Positions 18,467 through 27,575 of a DNA stretch of 39,210 bases are shown one piece after another. Made by a program: the position numbers and the translations under genes. The stretch covers positions 1-39,210 of the forward strand of contig CAWJSK010000020.1 of assembly GCA_963845535.1 (NCBI GenBank), given 5' to 3'. The notes below the pieces were generated by a model. That model was given only the letters and a program-made list of their open reading frames with translations. It did not search any database and was not told the origin of the DNA. Position 1 is the stretch's first letter. The number at the start of each line of letters is the position of its first letter. This stretch comes from an uncultured Spirochaetota bacterium (GTDB taxonomy: Bacteria > Spirochaetota > Spirochaetia > SZUA-6 > Fen-1364).

Positions 18467-18475
18467 ATTATATCA
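18467..18475 (-). promoter_or_regulatory. Extended -10 promoter of the ClpP-like gene
   Basis: Minus strand TG-A-TATAAT about 40 nt upstream of the start codon. Confidence 0.6.
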
Positions 18476-18730
18476 CGTGAGAGAAGAAATAGTGAGACTT
18501 TAGGACGGCTTGCCGTATGCTTCGATGGCCCTCTTTCGGCTGTACCAGGTTCCTTTCGAGACTCCCGTCACATACTAAGTTTTGTCGGAAGAACCATAGA
18601 CAGCCTGAGAGGCCGCGAGTCTTTGAAAATGGCACTTCGACCTCATAGCAGCGCTCAGCGCGCATGTCCATGAGCAGCAGACGGCCCTGGGATCCCAGCT
18701 TCGAATGTACCGCGGTCTCCGTGCTGCCCC

Positions 18731-19582
18731 TTAATCGAGGAACAACTCGTTTTTTCTCGTGGAATGGTGCGGTGATTGCCTGTAATCCAGCTCACCGTAC
18801 TTGAATATCCCCTTTCCCAGGAAGTCGACCCCACACTGTTGGGGGCGCTTACCGCTCTTTTGCATCCAAATCCAGATGGCTTCGGTAAGCGCGAGCGGGC
18901 CCGTGAAATGATTTCCGGCCAGGCTCACGTCCTCGAACTTCTTGTTTTTATAGAAATGGGCGTGCCGCACAATCAGGTTGATGAGCTCCTCCAGGATGGG
19001 ATTTCCCTTTTCAAAGCCGAGCAGCCAATTGATCACAGTGTGCTCGGGGTAGTCCAGATTGCTCTTGATCGAATTGGGAGGACCAGGGAGGAAAACGTCG
19101 GGGTCGGCATAGCGGCCCAGACTCAAATGATCCGCCCATTTGACATTCTCGAAAGAAATAAGCTCAGAAGTCTCTTCATGAACCAGCTCGCGCAGGGGAA
19201 CCGCCAGAGTGCTGTCTATATCGCAGTATATGCCTCCCTCCCGAAAGAGCACGCAGTACCTCCAGATGTCGGCTTTTCCGGAGGGCATGCGGTCCCCATG
19301 AAACAGCTCTAAAATAGGATGCCCGGCGAAGTTGGAGTCCATGTAGTGGGCCATTTGCTGATCATCGAAGAAGGAGAAGGTGTAATCGGGGTTCAGTCTC
19401 CTGAATCGTTGCAGTGCGCGTGCGTGGACATAGGGAAACACCGGGTTTACCCACGTCTGATAGACACGGTTTGGAATCTTCCTCACCATACGCGGTACTT
19501 CCGTGTACAGCGAGCTGACGTCGATTCTATAATCGATCTTCTTGATAAAGTATTTCAGTGTCCGCTTGATCAGCTTGAACAT
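18731..19582 (-). CDS. Glycosyltransferase, DxD sugar-binding (GT32/OCH1-like) family
   Basis: KIPNRVYQTW, LNPDY..FFDD, KADIWRYCVLFREGGIYCDID, FTGP..LT. Start moved to ATG 19582 (GAGAGG upstream). Confidence 0.88.
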   Translation of the reverse strand: MFKLIKRTLKYFIKKIDYRIDVSSLYTEVPRMVRKIPNRVYQTWVNPVFPYVHARALQRFRRLNPDYTFSFFDDQQMAHYMDSNFAGHPILELFHGDRMPSGKADIWRYCVLFREGGIYCDIDSTLAVPLRELVHEETSELISFENVKWADHLSLGRYADPDVFLPGPPNSIKSNLDYPEHTVINWLLGFEKGNPILEELINLIVRHAHFYKNKKFEDVSLAGNHFTGPLALTEAIWIWMQKSGKRPQQCGVDFLGKGIFKYGELDYRQSPHHSTRKNELFLD

Positions 19583-19603
19583 TGGTCGACCTCTCGCCGG
19601 CGC

Positions 19604-19632
19604 AATATACCGCGCGGCTGCAAGCGTTACAA
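19604..19632 (-). promoter_or_regulatory. Putative promoter of the glycosyltransferase gene, overlapped by direct repeats
   Basis: Minus strand TTGTAA-N17-TATATT. CAAGCGTTA tandem (19621-19638) plus a partial third copy lies over and above the -35. Confidence 0.5.
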
Positions 19633-19667
19633 GCGTTAACAAGTTATACTGCCGCTCTGCTGCCTGT

Positions 19668-19730
19668 CGGGGAAGCCTACGTGCTGGGCCCTTGCGCTAC
19701 CGCGGGGAAGCCTACGTGCTGCGCCCTCGC
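19668..19730. repeat. 28-bp imperfect direct repeat (period 35) duplicating the 3' end of the nucleotidyltransferase gene
   Basis: CGGGGAAGCCTACGTGCTGGGCCCTTGC (19668-19695) versus CGGGGAAGCCTACGTGCTGCGCCCTCGC (19703-19730); first 19 nt identical. Confidence 0.85.
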
Positions 19731-20332
19731 TTCTTTCTTTCCCCCGCCTTCACGGCGGCTTCGAACGTTTTTTCGCATTGCTTTCTGACGTCCGGATGGT
19801 ATGCAGCGAGGATCTCCTTCGAGAATTTCGTTAAATTCCGTCGCATCAATTCGTACACATCACCGAGGTCCTTTGCGGCTACTTCAGGGCCATGTTCTCG
19901 AAGCTTGTCCAGATAAACGGCGGTTTTAAGTTGCACGAGATCATGCAGGCTGATGAAGTTTGCTCTCAGCTCTTCATCATACTCACCGACTTTTCGCGGA
20001 TCTGGCATTCCCATGGGCATGTGCCAGTCTTCGTCCGCGAAGAGAATGTCAATCGTAACACCCGTTTTGGTGTCAATGCAGCTATCGAATCCATTACTGG
20101 AGATTTCTCCTTGAAAAGGCAGCAGTTTTTTCCAGACTTCTTTGAGGGTCAAGATATCGATGTCTGCCGTTGTTCTTGGATAGCCGTTACGAATGACGGC
20201 CATCCCTCCGATGACGCAATAAGGAATACCGCGCGCCGCACCAAAAACGTGAAAGCGTCGGACTATCTCCATCATTTCAGAGTGATGAAAATCTCCGTTG
20301 AGCTGCAATATCCTTGCCGCGGTCATGTTCAT
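19712..20332 (-). CDS. Pol-beta superfamily nucleotidyltransferase (DUF6036/AbiEii-like)
   Basis: YCVIGGMAVIRNGYPRTTADIDIL (GG..A..R.T.DxD), third acidic strand IDIL, L..LK and KD..DV helix motifs. Start uncertain (20332 or 20326). Confidence 0.75.
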   Translation of the reverse strand: MNMTAARILQLNGDFHHSEMMEIVRRFHVFGAARGIPYCVIGGMAVIRNGYPRTTADIDILTLKEVWKKLLPFQGEISSNGFDSCIDTKTGVTIDILFADEDWHMPMGMPDPRKVGEYDEELRANFISLHDLVQLKTAVYLDKLREHGPEVAAKDLGDVYELMRRNLTKFSKEILAAYHPDVRKQCEKTFEAAVKAGERKKRGRST

Positions 20333-20394
20333 TCGTTCCGGTTTCCCTGCCTCAAAGAGAGAACGATCAGAGTCATGGCGAATGCGAGAATCAA

Positions 20395-23300
20395 TCACTT
20401 CTTGGCGGCAAGCGCCTCCTTGAGATGGATCTGCGCCAGGGCCCACGAAGAGATGCCCGGGTACAGCGAATCCCAGCCCTGCGCAAGCGTCACCTTCTGG
20501 AAAGCATAGATTGCGGTGTCATTGAGCCCGAACCGCTGGGCAAGGATCCCGTAGGCGAGCCAGGTCGGTGAATCAGCCGGGACGGTTGTCCCGCGCCTTT
20601 CCAGGAATTTCCCAAAAACCTCCTGGGCTTCCAGGATGCGGCCGGAGTCTGCAAGGACGCACGCGAGGGTGTGGAGGACCCCCGAGCTTCCCTGCATGAG
20701 CCGCTGAACGATCTGGCGCTTTGCGACAATCGCGGGGTCCGGCACCCCCCTGTAGAGGGCGTACCATATGTAGGAGTTGTAGTCCGTCAACTCCGCATCC
20801 CCGGAGTCCAGGATTCCCTCCGTGTTCTTCATGGCATCCTCATAGCGGCCTTCCCCCCCGAGCCTTGTCGAGAGAAGCCGCAGAAGCGCTTTGTCTTTCG
20901 GCTTGGCAGTCAGACGGGCGCGCACGAGGTTGTCCGCGTCCGCAACCTTGCCTGCCTTGTCCATGGCGGCGCAGAGGACCTCCAGAGCCTTGACGTTGTC
21001 CGGGTCGTCCTTCACCAAGCTTCCGGCCACTTCCGCGAGGTCCGTCATCCTGCCGAGGGTCAGAAGGCCATCCGTCAGCGCTTCCTCCAGTGTGCGCCTG
21101 CGGGCGGTGTCCGCCTCCGAACGCCACCGAGGCAGGACAATGTTCACCCCCAGGAGCGCGTCGCTCTTGGACCGGGACTGCGAGAGGAGATACCCGGCCG
21201 CAAGCCGGAGGTCCTCCTCCGCTGCGTTCCCTGCCGGAAGGAGCGCAAACACCGGGGCCTTTGAGAAGTCAGGGAAGTCAGGCGCCTTGTCATGTTGCGT
21301 CCGCAGCAGGCGGAACCAGGCGTTCGCGTCATCCACATGTCCTGCATCCAGGAGAGACAGGCATTCTCGCGCTATCCCTGACATGTTCTCCATTGCGTCG
21401 ACAATCCGGTATGCTCCGCCTTCTTTGGTCAGAAAGAAAATCGAAGGCGATGCATCAGGAAATGCGGGGAGCCTCAGGAGCGCGGCGGTGGCGTTTCCCT
21501 CCGAGATGCTCGGGATATCGGCGAGCCGTGTGACGAGGTCCAACATCGTCTCAGGCGGAAAGGGAAGGCTCTGCAGCCCGTCACGAATGACGTCAAGCGC
21601 CTGGGCCGTCTCTGAGCTGTCCGCGGGGTCATTCAACGTGCCGCGGACGCTTGCCGCCATGAGACCGCCGAGGCTCGTCATGGTGAAATCGCTTGCGAGG
21701 ACACGGTCCATGAGGGAAAGAACGATCCCTTGCGGCGTGCTGTCTTGCAAGAGCTTGGGGTCAGTCGGGGTGAGCGTCTTGAGGATGTCCGCAAAAGCCA
21801 TTGTCTGGGTCAGGTTTTGCGTGCCGCGCGCCCCGGCTATCATCAACTCGGCGGCCTGCGGGTAACGCCGTACGGACAGGAGGCACTGCGCCGCGGAGGA
21901 GAGCACCTGGCGGCGATCATCCGCCGATGGGACCAGGCGAGCAGCCTCTTTCTGGGCAGCGTCAGGGCCGTCAACCACGGCGGAGGCGGCCACAAACACA
22001 GCCTGCAGGGACCCCGTGTTTGCGCTGTTCTTCAGGCCGGAGAGGATTTCCTGGTATTTCCCAAGGTAGAGAAGATCAACGTAGAGGTTCTGGAGGCTGT
22101 CCTGTCCTGCGAGATCTTTTTCGACGCTGCGGTAAAGCGCTACTGCCTGCTCGAGCTTGGCCCCCGGGCCGTATCGGACAAGGGCGCTGTTGTATTCGTC
22201 GATGATGGCGAGGTTGCGCGTGTAAAGGGTAACCGTTGGATCCAGCTTCTGGGCTTTCTCATATTCAGCCTGTGCCGGGGCCAGGTCGATGCCGCCGGCG
22301 AACAATCTGCCGAAATCGTCATGGAGGAGGACCCACGCGAGGTTCCCGTGGGCATAGGCGGACTGCGGTTCGAGGTCCACGCCGGCCCGCGCCTCTGCCA
22401 CGGCGTCCCTTCCGAAGCCAGCGGCCAGGAGCGCGCTGGAGACCTGCACCCTGTGGCGGGCTTCCGTGGGCTGGAGCTTTGCGAGCCGCCTGAACTCGTC
22501 CAACGCCTCCTTGAACTTGCCCGCGGCAAGAAGGCTCTGTCCGACCTGCTCGAAGCTCACGACGCTTGCCTGGCCATCGCTGAACTCGCGCACCGCCTTG
22601 TGCATGGCCGCCGCTTCATCCGCGGTGAAAAGGCGCTTCCCGCTGTCCAGGCGCAGGATGGCCGTGACTGACCCGTCCGGGTTGAGCTTGAAAGCCTTTG
22701 TCAGCGAAATGGGCCCCAGGGGGACGGTTTCGTCCGCGGGGAGAGCCGTGGCCCGATACCCCGGCGGTGCAATCACGTGGTAAACGTACTCGCAGACGAA
22801 CGGCTGCCAGAGCCGGAGGCCGTTCTTCCGCGAAAAAGGAGCTCCCGGCGGGTCCTTGCGTGTAATCAGGTCGGGAAGGAAGTCCACCAGTCCGCCTCCG
22901 CGGACGTAGACCGTTGCCGAGCTGTCATCCGTGTTCCCTTCCTTGGAAGCTGACGCCTTCAGCGTCAAGGTGAAGGGGACGTTCATGGCGCGGGGGTCGC
23001 TTGTCGACCAGCTCACCAGGGCCTCCGCGTCGTACTCGCTTTTCACGTACTTCTCAAGCTGCTCGCGGGACGCGGTGGGAGTGGCGCGGTCGAAGTCGTC
23101 GCGGTAGGACGCGTCGAAGCTGCCGCCCATGGTGCACACTTCCTGAACCGCGGCAGGGCCGGACTCCGAAAGTGTGAACTCCCGGACCTCCCGGAACCAG
23201 TTGTGCGATGGGGACGGATCCGGCGTCAGAGCCAGTGAGGTCGTTTCAGGGGCGATGATCAAAGCCTGCCTTCCCTGGTCCATGAGCGGGATGTCCCCTG

Positions 23301-24510
23301 GCGCGAAGAAATCCGCGGTGGGGTCTATCCATGTCCCCGTGGCAGGAAGATAGACGATGGCGTGATTGAACATGCCGAAACCCGGTAGCTGCGGGGAGAC
23401 GTCGGTGTCATCTCCCGACATAAGCAGCGCAAGCTGCGCTTTGACGCCCGCCGCGCGGAGGGCCGCGGCAACAAGGACTGCCTGGTCCTTGCAGTCCCCG
23501 TAGCCTCGTTTCAGCGTGTCGAGGGGGGGATGAGGGATGATGGCATTTTCGCCGAAGTTTATGCCGGTGTACCTCACGTCCTTGCGGACGCGGTAGAGGA
23601 TTGCCGCAACGGCGTCAGGCCCCTTCTTTCCAGACCCCGCGGTAATGCCGGAGACGTACTGCGAAAGAGGCTTGCTGTCCAACATGGGGTCTGTTGCGGC
23701 AGCATAGGCCCGGGCAATGTCGTTCCAGCTCACACCAGTTGAAAAATCGACGCAGGGAGAGGGCGGAGTGTCGGAAGGAAGAAAATCTTCGTCCTTTTCC
23801 ATTCCCGCCAGGTTGACGGCATCGAATCGAAGGGAGGTGCGTCCGTTTGCCTCAGCGCGCACGGGCGTGATGGCGAGGTTCCCCCGAATGAGATAGCGCG
23901 CGGGAGCACCCGACGGGCAGTCGATGAGGAGCCTGCGCGTGAGCACAGGGTCGACATGTCCGAACCATACGCGTTGGACGCTTCCCGCCGACAGCAGCGG
24001 GGACCTGTCAGTGGTCACGACTTGATATTCGACGACGCACCCTGTCTCCAGGCTTGGCAGAGGCGCCTGGAGGACACGGGAATCCGAATAGACGTCAGCG
24101 GACTCCGTGCGCGCTATGGTGTTCGCGATGGTCTTCGGGTCCAGGAGAGAGACTCTCCCGTCCTTTCCGACCACCCGGGCCTGTATGGCCGGGGTGTCCT
24201 GCCTCCAGGGCTGCCACCAGCACCGCGCCGTTGACCACCGCGAGATGCCGTCTCCCGTCAGGATCTTGTACGTGATCCGGTAGCTGTGGATTGCCGAGCC
24301 GGAAGGATCGAACGTGTAGGAATCTTCTTCATACAGGACCACAGCGTCATCCTTGCCGGACCCCTGCACCTGTGCGGCCGCTGAGGCGATGTCCGCCGGT
24401 GCAAGCGAGAATGCCGGTGCGTCCCACGCGATTGCTTGAGCGATCACGGTCGGGACCAGGGAGAGGAACAGAAAGGTGCCCAACGAGATGCAGGCTCTCA
24501 GTGTTTTCAT
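20395..24510 (-). CDS. Exported DUF3857 + transglutaminase-like + TPR-repeat protein (about 1370 aa)
   Basis: Signal peptide from ATG 24510, DAVVLYEE/LPSLETGCVVEY DUF3857 patterns, triad GYGDCKD / FNHAI / WIDPT, long helical TPR-like C-terminus. Confidence 0.87.
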   Translation of the reverse strand: MKTLRACISLGTFLFLSLVPTVIAQAIAWDAPAFSLAPADIASAAAQVQGSGKDDAVVLYEEDSYTFDPSGSAIHSYRITYKILTGDGISRWSTARCWWQPWRQDTPAIQARVVGKDGRVSLLDPKTIANTIARTESADVYSDSRVLQAPLPSLETGCVVEYQVVTTDRSPLLSAGSVQRVWFGHVDPVLTRRLLIDCPSGAPARYLIRGNLAITPVRAEANGRTSLRFDAVNLAGMEKDEDFLPSDTPPSPCVDFSTGVSWNDIARAYAAATDPMLDSKPLSQYVSGITAGSGKKGPDAVAAILYRVRKDVRYTGINFGENAIIPHPPLDTLKRGYGDCKDQAVLVAAALRAAGVKAQLALLMSGDDTDVSPQLPGFGMFNHAIVYLPATGTWIDPTADFFAPGDIPLMDQGRQALIIAPETTSLALTPDPSPSHNWFREVREFTLSESGPAAVQEVCTMGGSFDASYRDDFDRATPTASREQLEKYVKSEYDAEALVSWSTSDPRAMNVPFTLTLKASASKEGNTDDSSATVYVRGGGLVDFLPDLITRKDPPGAPFSRKNGLRLWQPFVCEYVYHVIAPPGYRATALPADETVPLGPISLTKAFKLNPDGSVTAILRLDSGKRLFTADEAAAMHKAVREFSDGQASVVSFEQVGQSLLAAGKFKEALDEFRRLAKLQPTEARHRVQVSSALLAAGFGRDAVAEARAGVDLEPQSAYAHGNLAWVLLHDDFGRLFAGGIDLAPAQAEYEKAQKLDPTVTLYTRNLAIIDEYNSALVRYGPGAKLEQAVALYRSVEKDLAGQDSLQNLYVDLLYLGKYQEILSGLKNSANTGSLQAVFVAASAVVDGPDAAQKEAARLVPSADDRRQVLSSAAQCLLSVRRYPQAAELMIAGARGTQNLTQTMAFADILKTLTPTDPKLLQDSTPQGIVLSLMDRVLASDFTMTSLGGLMAASVRGTLNDPADSSETAQALDVIRDGLQSLPFPPETMLDLVTRLADIPSISEGNATAALLRLPAFPDASPSIFFLTKEGGAYRIVDAMENMSGIARECLSLLDAGHVDDANAWFRLLRTQHDKAPDFPDFSKAPVFALLPAGNAAEEDLRLAAGYLLSQSRSKSDALLGVNIVLPRWRSEADTARRRTLEEALTDGLLTLGRMTDLAEVAGSLVKDDPDNVKALEVLCAAMDKAGKVADADNLVRARLTAKPKDKALLRLLSTRLGGEGRYEDAMKNTEGILDSGDAELTDYNSYIWYALYRGVPDPAIVAKRQIVQRLMQGSSGVLHTLACVLADSGRILEAQEVFGKFLERRGTTVPADSPTWLAYGILAQRFGLNDTAIYAFQKVTLAQGWDSLYPGISSWALAQIHLKEALAAKK

Positions 24511-24580
24511 ATGCTGGATAGTATAGACCGACTTTCCGAGAACCCTCAAGGCGCTATATATTCCTTCTCGGAAAGGGAAA

Positions 24581-25381
24581 ATGGTGGCGCGGATAATGTT
24601 CATCCACGGGGCGTGGCTGACCCCGCTCTGCTGGGACAATTGGGTTCTTTTTTTCAGCTCGAAGGGCTACTCCTGCATTGCGCCGCCCTGGCCGCTGCAC
24701 GAGAGGTCAGTCCAGATGCTGCGGGCGGACCCGCCCAAGGCTCTGACGCGGCTGGGGGTGTCGGATATCATAGAGAAGTACGCGGCCCGCATCCGTATCG
24801 AGAAAACCCCGCCCATCCTGATCGGCCATTCCTTTGGAGGCTTGTTTGTCCAGGTCCTTCTCAACATGGGACTTGGCGCGGCGGGAGTGGCTATTGACCC
24901 TGCGGCGCCCCGCGGCGTCTCCCCTCTTCGTTTTTCATCCGTAAAGTCGACCGCGCCGTTTCTTTTCACGTGGGGGGCATGGTGGAAAGAAGTCCAGATG
25001 AGCTATTCGATGTTCAAATACGCATTCACCAACGGCCTTCCCGCTGATTACCAGGCCAAAGAGTTCGAGAGACACATCGTGCCTGAGTCAGGCCGCATCT
25101 TTTTCCAGACCCTTTTCGCCCCGTTCAGCCGAAAAAGCCCGATTGCCATAGATTTTGCCAACAAGCGCCGTCCGCCTCTGCTCATCATAGGCGGAGGCGC
25201 GGACACCATCGTTCCCGCTTCCGTGAACCGGGTCAATCACAAGCGGTTCGCGGAGGCCGGGGTGCCGACGGATTACAAGGAGTTCCCCGGCCGCAGCCAT
25301 TGGACGCTTGCGCAAAAAGGATGGGAAGAGGTGGCTGAATATGCGGCGGGCTGGCTGGCAAAAACCGTGGCTGATGACTAG
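24581..25381 (+). CDS. Alpha/beta hydrolase (non-heme haloperoxidase/esterase-like)
   Basis: FIHGAW oxyanion loop, GHSFGG nucleophile elbow, GGADTIVP, GRSHW. Confidence 0.9.
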   Translation: MVARIMFIHGAWLTPLCWDNWVLFFSSKGYSCIAPPWPLHERSVQMLRADPPKALTRLGVSDIIEKYAARIRIEKTPPILIGHSFGGLFVQVLLNMGLGAAGVAIDPAAPRGVSPLRFSSVKSTAPFLFTWGAWWKEVQMSYSMFKYAFTNGLPADYQAKEFERHIVPESGRIFFQTLFAPFSRKSPIAIDFANKRRPPLLIIGGGADTIVPASVNRVNHKRFAEAGVPTDYKEFPGRSHWTLAQKGWEEVAEYAAGWLAKTVADD

Positions 25382-25507
25382 GAACCTGCCAGCGCATCGG
25401 GCATGAAATCATACAGGAGAAGGGTCCCCGCGTTGAATCTACACGGCGCCTCGGTCGAGCTCTGTCCTATCCTGAGCAGGGCTGAACCCTTGGGGACGTT
25501 GGAGAAG

Positions 25508-25996
25508 TCAATCCTTTATTTCAGCAACGAGTTTCTGCCAGCCAGGCCCCATTTCCTGGATCAGGATGCCTGAGTCGTGTAGATTCTTGATTCTCTTGGC
25601 AACAGCCTTGGGGATTTTTGCATCAATCTGTCCGGATTCCTTCAAGGATCGCGCCAACTCGCAAAGCTTATTGGCCGTTAGGTTAACAACGTCGAAGTGG
25701 TAGCTTCGGTCCAGTTCCTTAAATCCTGTGCCACCTTTATGGAGCTTGAATTCCAGACCCAAGCCAGTAAGTATACCTTCGTCAAAGAGAATGAAATCAA
25801 AACCATTTGCCCTCGCACTCTTGTATGACCTTGCGGCCGCTATGTCCAGTATCCGTTCGTCTGCATCAATTTTCCAGATCGACAATTCATTCTTGTCCGT
25901 CCTTAAATTGAAAAGTGGATCGGCAGGAAACTGATCACCCTGTGGGAGGTCGCCCTCCCATCTCTCACTCTCTATCTCTCTCAGGTAGCTGGCCAT
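25508..25996 (-). CDS. Hypothetical protein, possible ADP-ribosyltransferase/RES-like toxin fold
   Basis: 162 aa, last gene of an overlapping trio. Pattern YLREI..(R), LRT..NELSIW (S), HFDV resembles R-S-x strands of ART folds. Function is inference only. Confidence 0.7.
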   Translation of the reverse strand: MASYLREIESERWEGDLPQGDQFPADPLFNLRTDKNELSIWKIDADERILDIAAARSYKSARANGFDFILFDEGILTGLGLEFKLHKGGTGFKELDRSYHFDVVNLTANKLCELARSLKESGQIDAKIPKAVAKRIKNLHDSGILIQEMGPGWQKLVAEIKD

Positions 25997-26777
25997 TCGC
26001 CGTCGTCCTCAGCTGATCAATGAGATGGGAGAGTAGCTTCCTAATCAAAGGATGTTCAATCTTTGTCGCCGCCTGCTCCATCACGGTAAGTGACATAGAA
26101 TCATCAAGCTCTGAAAGTGCCATGACTGCGCCGCGCGCGACCACATAGCGGTCATCCCTAACCAGCGTCTCTAGACTCGTTCGAAGTTCTTCATGTATGT
26201 CTGATCGACGAACCAAGCCAAGAACAAGCAATGTGCTAGCGATTACCGCATTCTCAAGTCGGCCGGAGCGCAGAATAGACATGATTATGTCTAAAGCGCG
26301 TTTGCCATAGTTTGCAATATATCGTCGGATTCCAATGTCGAAGGGTGACTCAGTACCCTCCTCCGGTTCATCCGACGTGTTCTCAAAGAGATCATGTATT
26401 GCACGCTCCAAATCAACGTGGAGAAGACCCTTCGCGGATACTACGGTGTCTGCGGTCGGTATTCCCTCATTCTCGGACGACGTTCCGGGAAGGATCGTTG
26501 CACCATAGTAAGCAATAGTTCGCGCAGCAAAAGGGCCAAGCGCACCTGTTACAATTCTGACAAACGCACCTGTTGAACCGCTCACATAGACTATTCCGCT
26601 GCCGACACCGAAAATGAAATCGCGAAAATCAGATTCGGCGTTATTTGGCAAAGGAACAGTCGGAATGAATAGCAGACTAGTGAATTCTCCGCCTCTCTCC
26701 GTCTCCCGGTGAATCGAGATTGGCGGCACGCCGACCGTCGATGCTTCAGGATTGGGTCTTTGTTTCTCTGTAATCAC
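25965..26777 (-). CDS. Hypothetical protein with low-structure N-half and HEAT-repeat-like C-terminus
   Basis: 270 aa, GTG start overlapping the upstream stop (GTGA) with AGGAG SD. LVRDDRYVVARGAVMALSEL and EHPLIRKLL are HEAT-like. Confidence 0.7.
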   Translation of the reverse strand: MITEKQRPNPEASTVGVPPISIHRETERGGEFTSLLFIPTVPLPNNAESDFRDFIFGVGSGIVYVSGSTGAFVRIVTGALGPFAARTIAYYGATILPGTSSENEGIPTADTVVSAKGLLHVDLERAIHDLFENTSDEPEEGTESPFDIGIRRYIANYGKRALDIIMSILRSGRLENAVIASTLLVLGLVRRSDIHEELRTSLETLVRDDRYVVARGAVMALSELDDSMSLTVMEQAATKIEHPLIRKLLSHLIDQLRTTANGQLPERDRE

Positions 26778-27523
26778 CGAACATCTCCTTCAAGGAGAAT
26801 GTCAAACGCGTTTTTCGAAAGGCTCTCAAGAACCTGTGCTAGTAGACTATGTGTAATCCAGTCACTGTCATCCGGGAAGGTATTAACATCAAGGTCCACT
26901 CTAACAACGGGCGTTTTCAAAGGAACCATTGGGCCAGGCTGAACAGCGACATAAGCCATAAGATCGAAAACAGACCATGTCGCAAGCCTGTTTATCTTAC
27001 GTTTCGGGGTGCCAATTTCTATTTCCTTGGGCCGATTTATCCGATACATCAGATCAAAGGCTTTTTCAGGGTCGATCTGAACGGTTGGGAGTAGATGACC
27101 AGCAAAACGGTTGGCGGTTTGAATATCAGCGAACGAACGCAAGCATGATAAGCCAAGGCCCAAGCGATTGAAAACCGGAAACAGAGGATGTGCCGCGATT
27201 GCTTTCACGTAGCCCAAAAAGTGATCGTGCTGCGTGATAGGATCCCCTATAGCGTTGATATTGCCTGTGCGTTTTGGCGATTCAGCATCAACGCCGAGAA
27301 CAATATCAATTCGAAAGGTCTGAAGCTGTACTGACAGCCGAACACCCGTTTCGATTTTCAGATCTTCCAGGATCGTTCCGGATTGTTCCACGCGTGCAGT
27401 CGGCTGCTTGCCAGTTGCCGCCTCTACCCATCCTTTCTGCTGCAAGACCGCAACGTCACTAGCAAAGAACCCAGTGAAGCGAATCGACTCGCAAAGCCAC
27501 TTTTCGAGATCTTCACTGCCCAT
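26774..27523 (-). CDS. Hypothetical protein, reminiscent of the TIGR04255 sporadically distributed family
   Basis: 249 aa alpha/beta protein with SIRFTGF, RIDIV, FNRLGLG, YRINRP and C-terminal VDLDVNT. Family assignment is by recollection. Confidence 0.7.
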   Translation of the reverse strand: MGSEDLEKWLCESIRFTGFFASDVAVLQQKGWVEAATGKQPTARVEQSGTILEDLKIETGVRLSVQLQTFRIDIVLGVDAESPKRTGNINAIGDPITQHDHFLGYVKAIAAHPLFPVFNRLGLGLSCLRSFADIQTANRFAGHLLPTVQIDPEKAFDLMYRINRPKEIEIGTPKRKINRLATWSVFDLMAYVAVQPGPMVPLKTPVVRVDLDVNTFPDDSDWITHSLLAQVLESLSKNAFDILLEGDVR

Positions 27524-27575
27524 ATGGTTATTCCGCCGACCTTTCGAATAGTGTTTTGACCTTTTGCATTCTCAA

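Noticed and set aside
16775..19000. Displaced group II intron domain V/VI (split or trans-splicing intron)
   Set aside because: No catalytic DV hairpin or 3' end motif was recognisable downstream by eye.
19668..19730. Possible mini CRISPR array
   Set aside because: Only two copies with a 7-nt gap, overlapping a CDS end, and no cas genes in the window.
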